A stretch of 64,000 nucleotides of DNA from Myxococcota bacterium. GTDB taxonomy: Bacteria > Myxococcota > XYA12-FULL-58-9 > JALHOP01. The position numbers were made by a program, and so were the translations under genes. The stretch lies in the NCBI GenBank assembly GCA_041288095.1, contig JBGGMJ010000022.1, positions 21,754 through 85,753 of the forward strand, read 5' to 3'. This document shows, one piece after another, positions 8,858 to 18,335 of the stretch. The notes beneath the pieces were generated by a model, which was not told where the DNA came from, did not search any database, and saw only the letters and a program-made list of their open reading frames with translations. Within the stretch, counting starts at the first letter, position 1; each line of letters begins with the position of its first letter.

Positions 8858-11287
8858 ATGAAAGCGCGGGAAGTACCTTCAGACTGGCCGACCTGCCTGC
8901 ACACCGTCGTCGAGGTGTGCCTGGCGTCGCGCTTTCCCATGGCCGTCTGGCGGGGCCCCGAGCTCACCGCGATCTACAACGACGCCTACGCATACCTCTT
9001 GGGCTCGCGTCATCCGGCGGCGCTCGGCCGTCCGGCGCCTGAAGGCTGGGGTGAGTGCTGGCGCCACTTCGCGGCGCAAGCCCACGAGGTCACGACCCAG
9101 GGCACCGCTACGTGGAACGAGCGCACCTATATGGCGTTCGAGCGCAACGGTACGCTGGTCGACGTCTGGTTCACCTGGTCGCTGTCGCCAATCCGCGACC
9201 TCGATGGGAACGTCTGTGCCGTGCTTTGCACCATGACGGACGACACGGCGGCCGAGCTCGCCGACCGCGAGCGGGCTCAGGTGGAGCGCGCCGAGGCGGC
9301 GTTGTTCGCGGCGCGCGCGCGCCTCGAGAACATCCTGTCCGCGGCCGAGGTCGGCGCTTGGTCACTCGATTTGCGGACCGGCCGCCTCGACAGCGACCGA
9401 AATGTCGCCGAGTTCCACGGCTTGGCTGAAGCCGAGCTCCGTAATCGCGGACCCTCCGCTTTCGTCGACCGCGTCCATCCCGATGACGCGCCGTTACTCG
9501 AGGCGGCGCTGACGCGGGCGCACGATACCGGGGCGTTCTTCGACCCCATCTATCGTATCGTTCGGCCCGACGGCTCCATCCGTTGGATCGCCAATCGTGG
9601 CCGCGTCATCTCCGACGAGAAGGGCGAGCCCGTCTCCATCGACGGCGTGGCGATCGACATCACCGAGCGCCAGCTCGCGGAGCAGCGCCGCAGGCAGAGC
9701 GAGGAGCGCTTGGCGCTGGCGACCCGCGCCGCCGAGCTCGGCATCATCGAGTGGAATGCGGTTTCGGACGTCTCGCTCTGGGAGAACCCACGCACCTACG
9801 AAATCTTCGGCCGCGACCCGGGCGAGGGGCCGCTCAACCGCCGGCAGGCGCTCGAGGCGGGCATCGTCCATCCCGATGACATCCAGAAGTTCGAGCTCGC
9901 ATTGAAAGCGGCGTCACGCCCCGGCGGGACCTTCAAGCTCACGACGCGAATCAAGCGGCAGAACGACGGCGCGTGGCGCTGGCTCGAGCTCGCCGGCGCA
10001 CTCACCACCACCACCGACGGCAAGCCTCTGAAGCTCGTCGCGGTGATCGCCGACATCACCGATCGCAAGCGCGCCGAGTCCGAGCGCGCGCTCCACCTCG
10101 ACTCGGAGCGCGCCGCCCGGACGGAGGCCGAGCGCGTCAGTCACATGAAAGACGAGTTCCTGGCGACGTTGAGTCACGAGTTGCGCACGCCGCTCAACGC
10201 GATTCTCGGCTGGTCCGAGCTACTCAAGGCGGACGGCTTGGCCGACGCGACGCGCCTCCAGGCCGTCGAGATCATCGATCGCAACGCGAGGGTACAGACT
10301 CGTCTCATCGAGGATCTGCTCGAGATGAGCCGCATCATCTCGGGCAAGGTGCGGCTCGATCTGCAGCCCATCGATCTCGCCGATATCGTGGACGCCGCGG
10401 TAGAGAGCGCGCAGCCCATGGCGAGCACCCGTGGCGTGCGCTTGTCGAAGGTGATCGACGCCGGAGTCGGCAAGATGAGCGGCGACCCGGCGCGCCTGCA
10501 GCAAGTCGTCACCAACCTGCTCTCGAACGCCATCAAGTTTACGCCCGTCGGCGGCAACGTCCGAGTGCAGCTGGCGCAGGGGTCGACCGACATCCGGATC
10601 ATCGTCCGCGATAACGGTAGCGGCATCGCGCCCGACTTCGCGCCGTTCCTCTTCGACCGCTTCGCGCAAGCGGAGCCCAGTCACACGCGTCGCTTCGGCG
10701 GGCTCGGGTTGGGGTTGTCCATCGTCAAGCAGCTCGTGGAAATGCACGGCGGCAACGTCACCGCCGAGAGCGCCGGGCTCGGCAAGGGTTCGACGTTCAC
10801 CGTGAGCTTGCCGCTCGCCAGGGTGACCGCGGGAGCCAATGACGACGTCGACGACGCGGTGCGTGGCTATGCCGCCGATGCGGGGGGCCTCGACATCAAG
10901 CTGCTCACCGGTATCAAGATCCTGGTCGTCGACGATGAGCCGGACGCGCGTGAGCTCATGAAGCGGGTGCTCGAGACGCGCGAGGCCAAAGTGGTTACGG
11001 CCGCGTCCGCGGCGATTGGCCTCGAGCTCGTCGAGCGTTACCGGCCGGACATCGTCCTCTCCGACATCGGCATGCCGGGGATCGATGGATACGACTTCAT
11101 CCGCCAGGTCCGTGCCTTGGGCGTGACGCGTGGCGGCACCGTGCCTGCTATCGCGGTCACCGCGTTCGCGCGCGCCGAAGACAGGGAGCGGGCTCTGCTC
11201 GCCGGGTACCAGTCGCACCTCCCCAAGCCCATGCAGGTGCATCAGCTCGTCGCCGCCATCGCGGCGAGCGTCCCTTGCTCACCGTAG
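8858..11287 (+). CDS. PAS-domain hybrid sensor histidine kinase / response regulator
   Basis: Three PAS/PAC-like units, SHELRTPLN H-box, NLLSNAIKFT, GGLGLGL G-box, C-terminal receiver (VVDDE...SDIGMP...KP). Confidence 0.95.
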   Translation: MKAREVPSDWPTCLHTVVEVCLASRFPMAVWRGPELTAIYNDAYAYLLGSRHPAALGRPAPEGWGECWRHFAAQAHEVTTQGTATWNERTYMAFERNGTLVDVWFTWSLSPIRDLDGNVCAVLCTMTDDTAAELADRERAQVERAEAALFAARARLENILSAAEVGAWSLDLRTGRLDSDRNVAEFHGLAEAELRNRGPSAFVDRVHPDDAPLLEAALTRAHDTGAFFDPIYRIVRPDGSIRWIANRGRVISDEKGEPVSIDGVAIDITERQLAEQRRRQSEERLALATRAAELGIIEWNAVSDVSLWENPRTYEIFGRDPGEGPLNRRQALEAGIVHPDDIQKFELALKAASRPGGTFKLTTRIKRQNDGAWRWLELAGALTTTTDGKPLKLVAVIADITDRKRAESERALHLDSERAARTEAERVSHMKDEFLATLSHELRTPLNAILGWSELLKADGLADATRLQAVEIIDRNARVQTRLIEDLLEMSRIISGKVRLDLQPIDLADIVDAAVESAQPMASTRGVRLSKVIDAGVGKMSGDPARLQQVVTNLLSNAIKFTPVGGNVRVQLAQGSTDIRIIVRDNGSGIAPDFAPFLFDRFAQAEPSHTRRFGGLGLGLSIVKQLVEMHGGNVTAESAGLGKGSTFTVSLPLARVTAGANDDVDDAVRGYAADAGGLDIKLLTGIKILVVDDEPDARELMKRVLETREAKVVTAASAAIGLELVERYRPDIVLSDIGMPGIDGYDFIRQVRALGVTRGGTVPAIAVTAFARAEDRERALLAGYQSHLPKPMQVHQLVAAIAASVPCSP

Positions 11288-11310
11288 ACCTCTCGTGAGA
11301 GGCAATCGGC

Positions 11311-11964
11311 ATGCGGATGCGGCGCACGCCACCGACCTCCGAGCGCGAGCTGATGATCCGCGCCGACGCGCTCGCCGGACACAGTGTCGCCGAGATCGCC
11401 GCCGGCATGGGCTGGCCACTGCCGCCCGATGCTCGTCGCGCCAAGGGGTTCGTCGGTCAGCTCATCGAGGCCACTCTCGGCTCTTCACCCGAGGCCGGGG
11501 AGCTGCCCGACTTTCTGACCTTGGGGATCGAGCTCAAGACCATTCCCCTGGCGCCGGACGGCCGGCCGAGCGAGAGCACCTTCTGTTGCTCCATCGACAT
11601 GGACTCCGTGGACCGCGAGCTCTGGGAAACGTCGCGCCTACGCAAGCGGTTGGCGCGCGTCCTGTGGGTGCCCGTGACCGCGGCCCGTTTCGCGCCACTG
11701 CCCGAACGCCGTCTTGGCAAACCCGTGATCTGGAGCCCGTCCGCTGAAGAAGACACGACGTTGCGCCACGACTGGGAGAGCATCGCCGGCGTCATCGGGG
11801 CCGGGGGCTCGGTGACCGCGCACGTCGGCGCCGCCTTGCAAGCGCGCCCCAAGGCGGCGTCGTCGAAGGTGCGCACACTCGGCCTCGCCGAAGATGGACT
11901 CGTGCGCCGCTTGCCGCTCGGTTTCTACCTGCGCACGTCGTTCACCGCGAGCATCGTCGCTTGA
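11311..11964 (+). CDS. mutH: MutH/Sau3AI family endonuclease
   Basis: KGFVGQLIE...PDF...GIELKTIP, ESTF, RPKAA and GFYLRTSFT match MutH motifs. Confidence 0.85.
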   Translation: MRMRRTPPTSERELMIRADALAGHSVAEIAAGMGWPLPPDARRAKGFVGQLIEATLGSSPEAGELPDFLTLGIELKTIPLAPDGRPSESTFCCSIDMDSVDRELWETSRLRKRLARVLWVPVTAARFAPLPERRLGKPVIWSPSAEEDTTLRHDWESIAGVIGAGGSVTAHVGAALQARPKAASSKVRTLGLAEDGLVRRLPLGFYLRTSFTASIVA

Positions 11965-12821
11965 GCGCCCCGAGCGAACGGGCCATCCGCGTCCCGGGGC
12001 TCACGCTCGCGGCCCGCGAATGGGGGGACTCGAGCGCGCCGCACAAGGTGCTGGCGCTGCACGGTTGGCTCGACAACTGCGCGACGTTCGATGGTCTCGC
12101 GCCTCTGCTGAGCGGCGTGCATCTCATCGCCCTGGACCTGCCCGGGCACGGCCGCTCCGAGCATCGCAGCGCCAACGACACGTATCACTTCATCGATTGG
12201 ATCCCCGAGGTCGTCGCCGCGGCCGATGATCTGGGTTGGCAGCGCTTCACCTTGATGGGCCACTCGATGGGGGCCGCCGTCGCGAGTATCACCGCCGGCA
12301 CGGTGCCCGAGCGAGTGCGCGGCGTCGTGCTCCTCGACGGCATGGCGCCGTTCGCGACAGCGCCCAAGGACGCGCCGGGCACGCTCGCCGCATATATTCG
12401 CCAGCGGACGCGCTTGCTCGAGAAGGAAAGGCCGTTCTACCCGTCGCGCGAAGCGGCGACGGAGCGGCTCCTCAAGGTAGCCAATCTGACACGCGAGGCC
12501 GCTACGACCCTCGTCGGGCGCAACACCATCGAGGCGGCCGAAGGTGTGGTCTGGACCTACGACACCCGCCTGCGCCGTATTTCGCCGATGCGCTTCACTG
12601 ATGAGCACAACCGCGCATTTTTACGCGCCATCACGGCGCCGGTGCTCTTCGTACGGCCGACGGACGGCATTCCCGTCGATGAGACGCTCCTGGCAACCTG
12701 GGTTGGCGACATCGGCAAGCTGACGCGGGCTTCGCCGGTCGGCGGGCACCACGTCCATCTCGAGTACCCGGACCGCGTCGCGCCCATGGTGCAAGATTTC
12801 TTGCAGGGGCTGCCTGAATAG
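11961..12821 (+). CDS. alpha/beta fold hydrolase
   Basis: LHGWLDN, DLPGHG, GHSMG nucleophile elbow, GGHHVH. Confidence 0.92.
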   Translation: MSAPSERAIRVPGLTLAAREWGDSSAPHKVLALHGWLDNCATFDGLAPLLSGVHLIALDLPGHGRSEHRSANDTYHFIDWIPEVVAAADDLGWQRFTLMGHSMGAAVASITAGTVPERVRGVVLLDGMAPFATAPKDAPGTLAAYIRQRTRLLEKERPFYPSREAATERLLKVANLTREAATTLVGRNTIEAAEGVVWTYDTRLRRISPMRFTDEHNRAFLRAITAPVLFVRPTDGIPVDETLLATWVGDIGKLTRASPVGGHHVHLEYPDRVAPMVQDFLQGLPE

Positions 12822-12853
12822 ATCCGGGCGCACGCCCGTCGGATCGATCCCCA

Positions 12854-13690
12854 ATGCGATGGCTCGGTCCCGTGGCGCTAGTCATGTCGTTCGCGAGCCC
12901 GGCCATGGCCGAGCCCCGGGGGCCGCCCACCAGCGTGGGTGACGCCATCATGCGGTCGCTCGGCGGTATCGAGGTCTCGCTATTGCGCGGCGGAGCGGAT
13001 GTCGCTTCGGCAGTGCGCACGGAAGAGGGGAGCGAGCTTACGGTGGCGAGCGGCCGCGCGCGCCAGTCGGGTTATCGGATCTCGACCTACAGCTCGCCGG
13101 GCACGACCGGCTTTCGTCTGACGCCGAACTTCGGCTTTCTCGATCAGCGCATCGACATCAGCGATTTTCGCGAGGATCTGCCGCTCACCGGTAGCGGCAG
13201 CGGTACCGACATCGGAGTCACCTGCGCGACCGCCGAGACCGGCGAGCTCATCGATTGCAACGAGCCCAACACCTACGCGTTGCGCATGCGCAGCGGCTTT
13301 CTCGGCGCCCGCGGCGGTCTCGACATCGTCGGTGGCCGCATCGGTTACGAGTGGTTTCTCTCCGCCGACGTCATCCTCAACGTCGTCGAGTATCGCTATG
13401 TCAACGCGCGCATCGGCCGCTATCGCACCAGCGGCGGTGAATTCGCGGCGCTACAATCCGGCGGTGTCGGTGTCGGCTTTGGCGTTCGCATTCCGCAGCT
13501 TCATGCCGCGACGCGCATCGCCTTCGAGTACATGGGCTATCGCGATTTCGATTATGCCGATCCGCTCGAGTTCAAGGGCCCGGTCGTTTTCAACGAGGAG
13601 AAGGACGTCTACGAGCGGCCGCGCGTCTTCGTGAGCGGCGCCTCACTCACCACCTGGAGCTTCATATGGGCGTTCGCCATTACGTATTAA
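12854..13690 (+). CDS. hypothetical secreted protein, possible outer-membrane beta-barrel
   Basis: Signal peptide (...PAMA-E), amphipathic beta-like stretches, aromatic C-terminus TWSFIWAFAITY. Confidence 0.65.
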   Translation: MRWLGPVALVMSFASPAMAEPRGPPTSVGDAIMRSLGGIEVSLLRGGADVASAVRTEEGSELTVASGRARQSGYRISTYSSPGTTGFRLTPNFGFLDQRIDISDFREDLPLTGSGSGTDIGVTCATAETGELIDCNEPNTYALRMRSGFLGARGGLDIVGGRIGYEWFLSADVILNVVEYRYVNARIGRYRTSGGEFAALQSGGVGVGFGVRIPQLHAATRIAFEYMGYRDFDYADPLEFKGPVVFNEEKDVYERPRVFVSGASLTTWSFIWAFAITY

Positions 13691-14076
13691 TAGCCGCGGT
13701 CGCCGTCGCGAGCTGTGCGGCCGACTTTGGGCCCCCGACGCCTGTCAACATCACCGTCCGCAATCGCAGTCAGTTCGAGCTGCTCGACTTGCGGTTCCAT
13801 CCGAGCCCCGACTGGAGCGAGACCCCGAATCTGCTGCTAGCGCCGCTGGGCGTCGAGGAGGCGCTGCCCGTGGTTTTCGTCAACGGCGACTACGTCACCG
13901 CGATGCGCCGCAAGATCGAGGTCGGTGAGGTCATCGCCATCAGCAGCGCCGAGCCCTTGCCGGACATCGAAGAGGGCGACACGCTCATCGTCTTCGACAT
14001 GTCGTTTCGCATCGAGGCCGCGCCCTACGTGCCGCCGGAGGATACCTCGACGACCACGCTGGGCTCGATGAGATAG
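13666..14076 (+). CDS. hypothetical lipoprotein
   Basis: Hydrophobic leader with VAS-C lipobox; overlaps the upstream gene. Confidence 0.65.
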   Translation: MGVRHYVLIAAVAVASCAADFGPPTPVNITVRNRSQFELLDLRFHPSPDWSETPNLLLAPLGVEEALPVVFVNGDYVTAMRRKIEVGEVIAISSAEPLPDIEEGDTLIVFDMSFRIEAAPYVPPEDTSTTTLGSMR

Positions 14077-14531
14077 CCGTCGTCGCGCGTCTGCAATAGC
14101 GGGCGGAGACCGAGGCGACGAAGCGTCGCCAGCGCGACATAGACTCGCGCGGCTCCCGATTCCGGCGTCGTGCGTTGTCCCGGCCAACCGGCGGCGAAGA
14201 GCTCGTTCAAGGTAGTGGCGCTGCCCGCCGCCCGCTGGTGCCGTTCGATGAGCGCCTTGAAGAGCAGGCGAAGCGGTCCACGGCGCTGCAGCGATACACG
14301 TACCTCGCCTTCGAGCTCGAACCAGCGCAGGTCCGCGTCGATCTTGAGGCGCTTCGATTTCGCGACGCCCTCCGAGGCGAGGAGCGTCTCGAGAGTGTCG
14401 ACGGCTCGGCGCAGTCGCAGGCGATCGTCTTTGGAGAGAGCGCTGCGTTGCTCGGCGATCGCCTCGACCATCGCGAGAGCGTGGTCCAACCGGGAAACAG
14501 GCGTGTGCGCTACCGGTCCATCGTCCGGCAT
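14025..14531 (-). CDS. hypothetical protein with winged-helix-like C-terminal domain
   Basis: AAGGAG RBS; ELFAAGWPG...SGAARVYVALATLRRLGL...RDDGYLI resembles OmpR-type wHTH tails of myxobacterial regulators. Confidence 0.65.
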   Translation of the reverse strand: MPDDGPVAHTPVSRLDHALAMVEAIAEQRSALSKDDRLRLRRAVDTLETLLASEGVAKSKRLKIDADLRWFELEGEVRVSLQRRGPLRLLFKALIERHQRAAGSATTLNELFAAGWPGQRTTPESGAARVYVALATLRRLGLRPLLQTRDDGYLIEPSVVVEVSSGGT

Positions 14532-14707
14532 GGCTTGGCTCCTTCGTTGGCTGGAGTGCCTCGTCGGCGGCCTCGCGGGAGGGCCGATCGGTGCCAGCTG
14601 CGTCAGCGACGGGTGTTACCAAGGGAACGTTCGGCGGGGGTTTTCGGATCTATGCCCTTCCATGAGCCCCGAACGCCCCGAATGCCGGCGTGTCAGGCAC
14701 TACCTCA

Positions 14708-14733
14708 CAACGAATCGGCGCGCACCGCGATGA
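14708..14733 (+). promoter_or_regulatory. candidate sigma-28-like promoter
   Basis: CAAC-N14-CGCGATGA upstream of 14785; same spacing as the other copies, weaker -10. Confidence 0.45.
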
Positions 14734-14784
14734 TGGTCGATGCGCCTCTCTCAGGCGCACCAATCCTACATTCCGGAGATTTCC

Positions 14785-15192
14785 ATGGCGCTGCCTGAAA
14801 CCCAGCCGTTGCGTGCGGGTGTTTCTTCCTCGGGGGCCCTGCAGGGTCCTTCCACTCCCGCGACCCGCTCGTCGGTTGCGCTCGATCTCTCGGCTGGCTT
14901 CACCACGGGTGAGCACGGGAGCGCGCGCCTGTTGCTCCGCGACCGCGACTGGGACCGTCACCGTCACTATGATCGCAACGATCGCTGGCCGGGCCCGCAC
15001 CGTCCCGGTCCTTATCGCCCGTATCCGCCGCCATACTATCCGCCGCGTCCCTATCCGGTTCCGATCCCGATCCCCGGCTACCCCTCGCCGCTGCCGGGCC
15101 CGCTCCCGGGCGAGCGCGCCTGCTATCCCTGGGAAGCCGGGAGCTGGGGCTCGCGCCAAGACGTGTTCGGCCGCTGGTGGTGCCGCTGGTAG
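14785..15192 (+). CDS. Pro/Arg/Tyr-rich small hypothetical protein (135 aa)
   Basis: ATG 14785 with GGAGA RBS; fills the gap between two minus-strand genes; strongly patterned composition. Confidence 0.6.
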   Translation: MALPETQPLRAGVSSSGALQGPSTPATRSSVALDLSAGFTTGEHGSARLLLRDRDWDRHRHYDRNDRWPGPHRPGPYRPYPPPYYPPRPYPVPIPIPGYPSPLPGPLPGERACYPWEAGSWGSRQDVFGRWWCRW

Positions 15193-15229
15193 CAGCGGGT
15201 CTCTCGCTCGCCGCGAGGTTTCCTCGCGG

Positions 15230-15673
15230 CTACGAGTGATCGTCCTCGGCCTGCGGCATGCCGGGGATCTGCGCCAGCTCATGGGCGCGGTCCGCCGCCG
15301 CCTTCTTGCGCATCACCGTGAGGAACTCGCGGATGTAGCGCTCGATCGCCTTCTTGTCCTTGCGCGTGATCTTCACGAACTCGAGACCCATGCCCTGAGC
15401 GAAGGAGCTGCTGTCGTCGCTCTTGGCGGTCGACCAGCGCACGATGCACGTCGCGGTGATCGGTGTTTTTTGCTCGGGCAGGGTGAACGAGACGTCGAAC
15501 TCCGAGCCGCGCGGCATGGGGTTCGGCGTCGCGATGAACACGCCGTTGTTCGAGATGTTGGTGATGCGGCTCTTCAGGAGCACGTCGCGGCCCGGGTAGT
15601 CCGGCGCGATGAATACGCGCGACGGGACCCGGAAGTACCGCGACAGCACCGCGATGGGGATCTCGCCTTTCAC
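15230..15673 (-). CDS. PilZ domain protein (myxobacterial TIGR02266-like)
   Basis: RYFRVP...NISNNGVFI...F.LP...VRW...GMGLEF pattern. Confidence 0.85.
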   Translation of the reverse strand: MKGEIPIAVLSRYFRVPSRVFIAPDYPGRDVLLKSRITNISNNGVFIATPNPMPRGSEFDVSFTLPEQKTPITATCIVRWSTAKSDDSSSFAQGMGLEFVKITRKDKKAIERYIREFLTVMRKKAAADRAHELAQIPGMPQAEDDHS

Positions 15674-15693
15674 GCTTGGGGATCCTAACCGAA

Positions 15694-18312
15694 TCAGGCG
15701 CTGCGCGCAGCACCCTCGTGTTTGGTGAAGTCACGCAGTAACCAGGCACGCAGGCCGTTGGCCTCCCGGGTCGAGAGCTCGGCCTTGAGCCGCATGGCCT
15801 CCAGGGCCTTCTGGAGGGCGCGCTTGGCCTCTTCGACGGGGTGCTTGGTGAAGAAGGCGTCGACGTCTTCCTCGAGATCGGCCGGCAGCGACCCTGTGGA
15901 CTCGACCAAGCGCGCCACCCCCATCGACCCCACACGTGGGCCAATGGCCGACCAGTGCTTCTTCAGGAACTCCCAGGCGCCGCGCTGGGTCGCCTTGCGA
16001 GAGAGCATCGGGGCGATGACCACGCGGAGCTGCTCTTGCGGCACGGTTTCGTCGAGGCACATGGCGAGGACGCGGGCATTGGCCTTCTTGTCCTCGAAAG
16101 CGGACAGAGCGCCGAGGTAGCGTGCCTGCAGGTCGGGCGTGCTGCGGGCTTCCTTGCGCGCGAGATAGACGCGTACGTAGCTGTCGAGCAGGGCGTTGTC
16201 GCCTTTGACGGCCCCCAGCGCGACCAGTGTCCCGGCGAGGTTCGGATCGACGGCGGTCGGATCCTCCATTTCGCGCGCGACGAGCCGAGCCGCCTCGGCG
16301 AGCACCTTCGGGTCACGCCCGAGCTCACCCAGCGCGTAGACGATCGAGGCGCGACGTACGCCCTGTGCCTCGGGCTCGCCGTGGCGCGTCTCCATGCCCA
16401 GCGATTCGAGCTGCGGTGAGAAGAACCAGCGAACGAGCTCGGCGAAGCGCGCTTCCTCCGCCGGTCCGACGAGGTAGCTGTGAATCGAGCTCAAGGCCTT
16501 GGTCATCGAGCGCGTGACGATGTGATCGTTGTCGCCGCGGAAGGCCGAGAGCACGTCGAGGAAGGCGCCGACGTCACTTTCGCCATTGCGTACCAAGGCC
16601 CACTGATCCTCGATGAGCGTCATGCGCTCCGAGGGGGCAAGGTCCGCCACCGCGGTCAGTAGCCGTGCCCGCATTAGGGCATCCATCTGCACGCGATAGA
16701 AACCACCCGCCGAGGCGTTGGCGTGCACCCAGCGCACGCCCGCTGGGAGGTCGACGGTCTCCTCCGTGTTTCGCATCAAGTGGCGGTGCGTCTGGATCCC
16801 GTTTGGTCCGCTGTAGCGGATGACGATGGGAATGGTCCAGACCTGCGCCGTCCCCTTCTTCATCATGCCGGCGTCGGAGAAGAAGCGGCGCTGCTTCAAG
16901 GTGAGCGTCGTCTTGCCGCCGCTGTCCGCCATGCCGGGCGCGGCGCTCACTGTCACCAGCGGAAAGCCTTCTTGCTCGACCCAGCTACGCATGAGCTCGC
17001 CGACCGGCTCACCCGACGCGTCCGCAAGGCAGCGCCACAAGTCCGCGCCAGCAGCGTTCTTGTTCTTGAACTCGGTCTGGTAGGCCTTGATGCCTTTCTG
17101 GAACACGGCGTCGCCCAGGTAGGCCTCGCACATGCGCAGCACGGCGCAGCCCTTCTCGTAGGTAATCACATCGAAGAGCTCGGTCGCCTCGGCCGGCGTC
17201 TTCACCGGCGTGTACACCGGGTGCGTATTCACCAGCGCGTCGGCGGCGAGAGCGCTCTCCTTGGACTCGAGGTAGTCGTCCCACATGCGCCAGGTGGGCT
17301 GCCAGACGTCGACGGCCTTGTAGGCGATCCAGGTGGCGAAGGCCTCGTTGAGCCAGAGGTCGTCCCACCACTTCATGGTGACCAGGTTTCCGAACCACTG
17401 GTGCGCGAGCTCGTGCGCGATGACCTCCGCAATCCGTTTTTGCGACGTCCACGAGGTGGCGCCCGGCTGCATCAGGAGAAGATTCTGGCGGTAGAAGATG
17501 GCGCCGACGTTCTCCATGGCACCGGCGTCGAAGCCCGGAACCGCCACCTGATCGAGCTTCTGGTAGTTGTACTTCTGTCCGAAGTACTTCTCGTACCAAG
17601 GGAGCACCTGGGCGGTGACGTCCTGCGCGAAGTCGGTGAGCTTGCCTTTGCCGGGACCGGCCCAAGCTCGGCACGGGATCTTGGCGACGATGCGTTTCTT
17701 CGAAGCCTCGAGCTTGCCGATGGTGACCGCCACCAAATAGCTCGAGATGATGCGCGTCGCGCCGAAGGCGTGGGTCTCGGCCGGCTTGCCGCTTACGCGG
17801 ACTTTCTTCACGCCCTTGGGTACGCCGTTGGTGATCACCGTCAGGCCGGCGTCGGTGGTCACAGTCCATTGGAACGTGGCTTTGTGCTCCGGCTCGTCGA
17901 AGCAAGGAAAGATGCCGCGCGCGTCGGTCGCTTCGCATTGTGAGACGATGGCGCGTTCGTCACCGTCCTTGGCCAGGTAGAGGCCGTGCATGCTGGGGTT
18001 GAGCTTGCCCTTGAAGCTCGTGGTGATCTCGAACGCGCCCTTCGGCAGCTCTTTGGGGAAGCGCAGCTCGACCGTCTCGCGGTCTTTGCGGAGCTTTGCC
18101 TTACCTTTGATCTTCTTCTTGCCGACGATGGCGACGACGTCACCGACCGTGAGGTCGCGGGCGTGCAGCTCGACCACCTCCGAAGCGACCCGGCTCTTCA
18201 AGCTGATGCGCACGGTGCCGGAGAAGGTCATCTTCTTCGGGGTGGCGAAGAGGTGGATGGCGTAGGCGCGTGGCGTGATATCCTTCGAAAGCCGATAGTC
18301 CGTGGTCGTCAT
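15694..18312 (-). CDS. M1 family aminopeptidase with ERAP1-like C-terminal domain
   Basis: GAMEN, HELAH-x18-E (NEAFA) and YEKG motifs; start estimated at ATG 18312. Confidence 0.95.
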   Translation of the reverse strand: MTTTDYRLSKDITPRAYAIHLFATPKKMTFSGTVRISLKSRVASEVVELHARDLTVGDVVAIVGKKKIKGKAKLRKDRETVELRFPKELPKGAFEITTSFKGKLNPSMHGLYLAKDGDERAIVSQCEATDARGIFPCFDEPEHKATFQWTVTTDAGLTVITNGVPKGVKKVRVSGKPAETHAFGATRIISSYLVAVTIGKLEASKKRIVAKIPCRAWAGPGKGKLTDFAQDVTAQVLPWYEKYFGQKYNYQKLDQVAVPGFDAGAMENVGAIFYRQNLLLMQPGATSWTSQKRIAEVIAHELAHQWFGNLVTMKWWDDLWLNEAFATWIAYKAVDVWQPTWRMWDDYLESKESALAADALVNTHPVYTPVKTPAEATELFDVITYEKGCAVLRMCEAYLGDAVFQKGIKAYQTEFKNKNAAGADLWRCLADASGEPVGELMRSWVEQEGFPLVTVSAAPGMADSGGKTTLTLKQRRFFSDAGMMKKGTAQVWTIPIVIRYSGPNGIQTHRHLMRNTEETVDLPAGVRWVHANASAGGFYRVQMDALMRARLLTAVADLAPSERMTLIEDQWALVRNGESDVGAFLDVLSAFRGDNDHIVTRSMTKALSSIHSYLVGPAEEARFAELVRWFFSPQLESLGMETRHGEPEAQGVRRASIVYALGELGRDPKVLAEAARLVAREMEDPTAVDPNLAGTLVALGAVKGDNALLDSYVRVYLARKEARSTPDLQARYLGALSAFEDKKANARVLAMCLDETVPQEQLRVVIAPMLSRKATQRGAWEFLKKHWSAIGPRVGSMGVARLVESTGSLPADLEEDVDAFFTKHPVEEAKRALQKALEAMRLKAELSTREANGLRAWLLRDFTKHEGAARSA

Positions 18313-18335
18313 GCGGACATGAGGCTTAGCTGCGA

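Noticed and set aside
14940-15120. Repetitive CCG/GAC-rich tract that could suggest a repeat array or CRISPR
   Set aside because: No constant-length direct repeats with spacers; explained by Pro/Arg/Asp codons.
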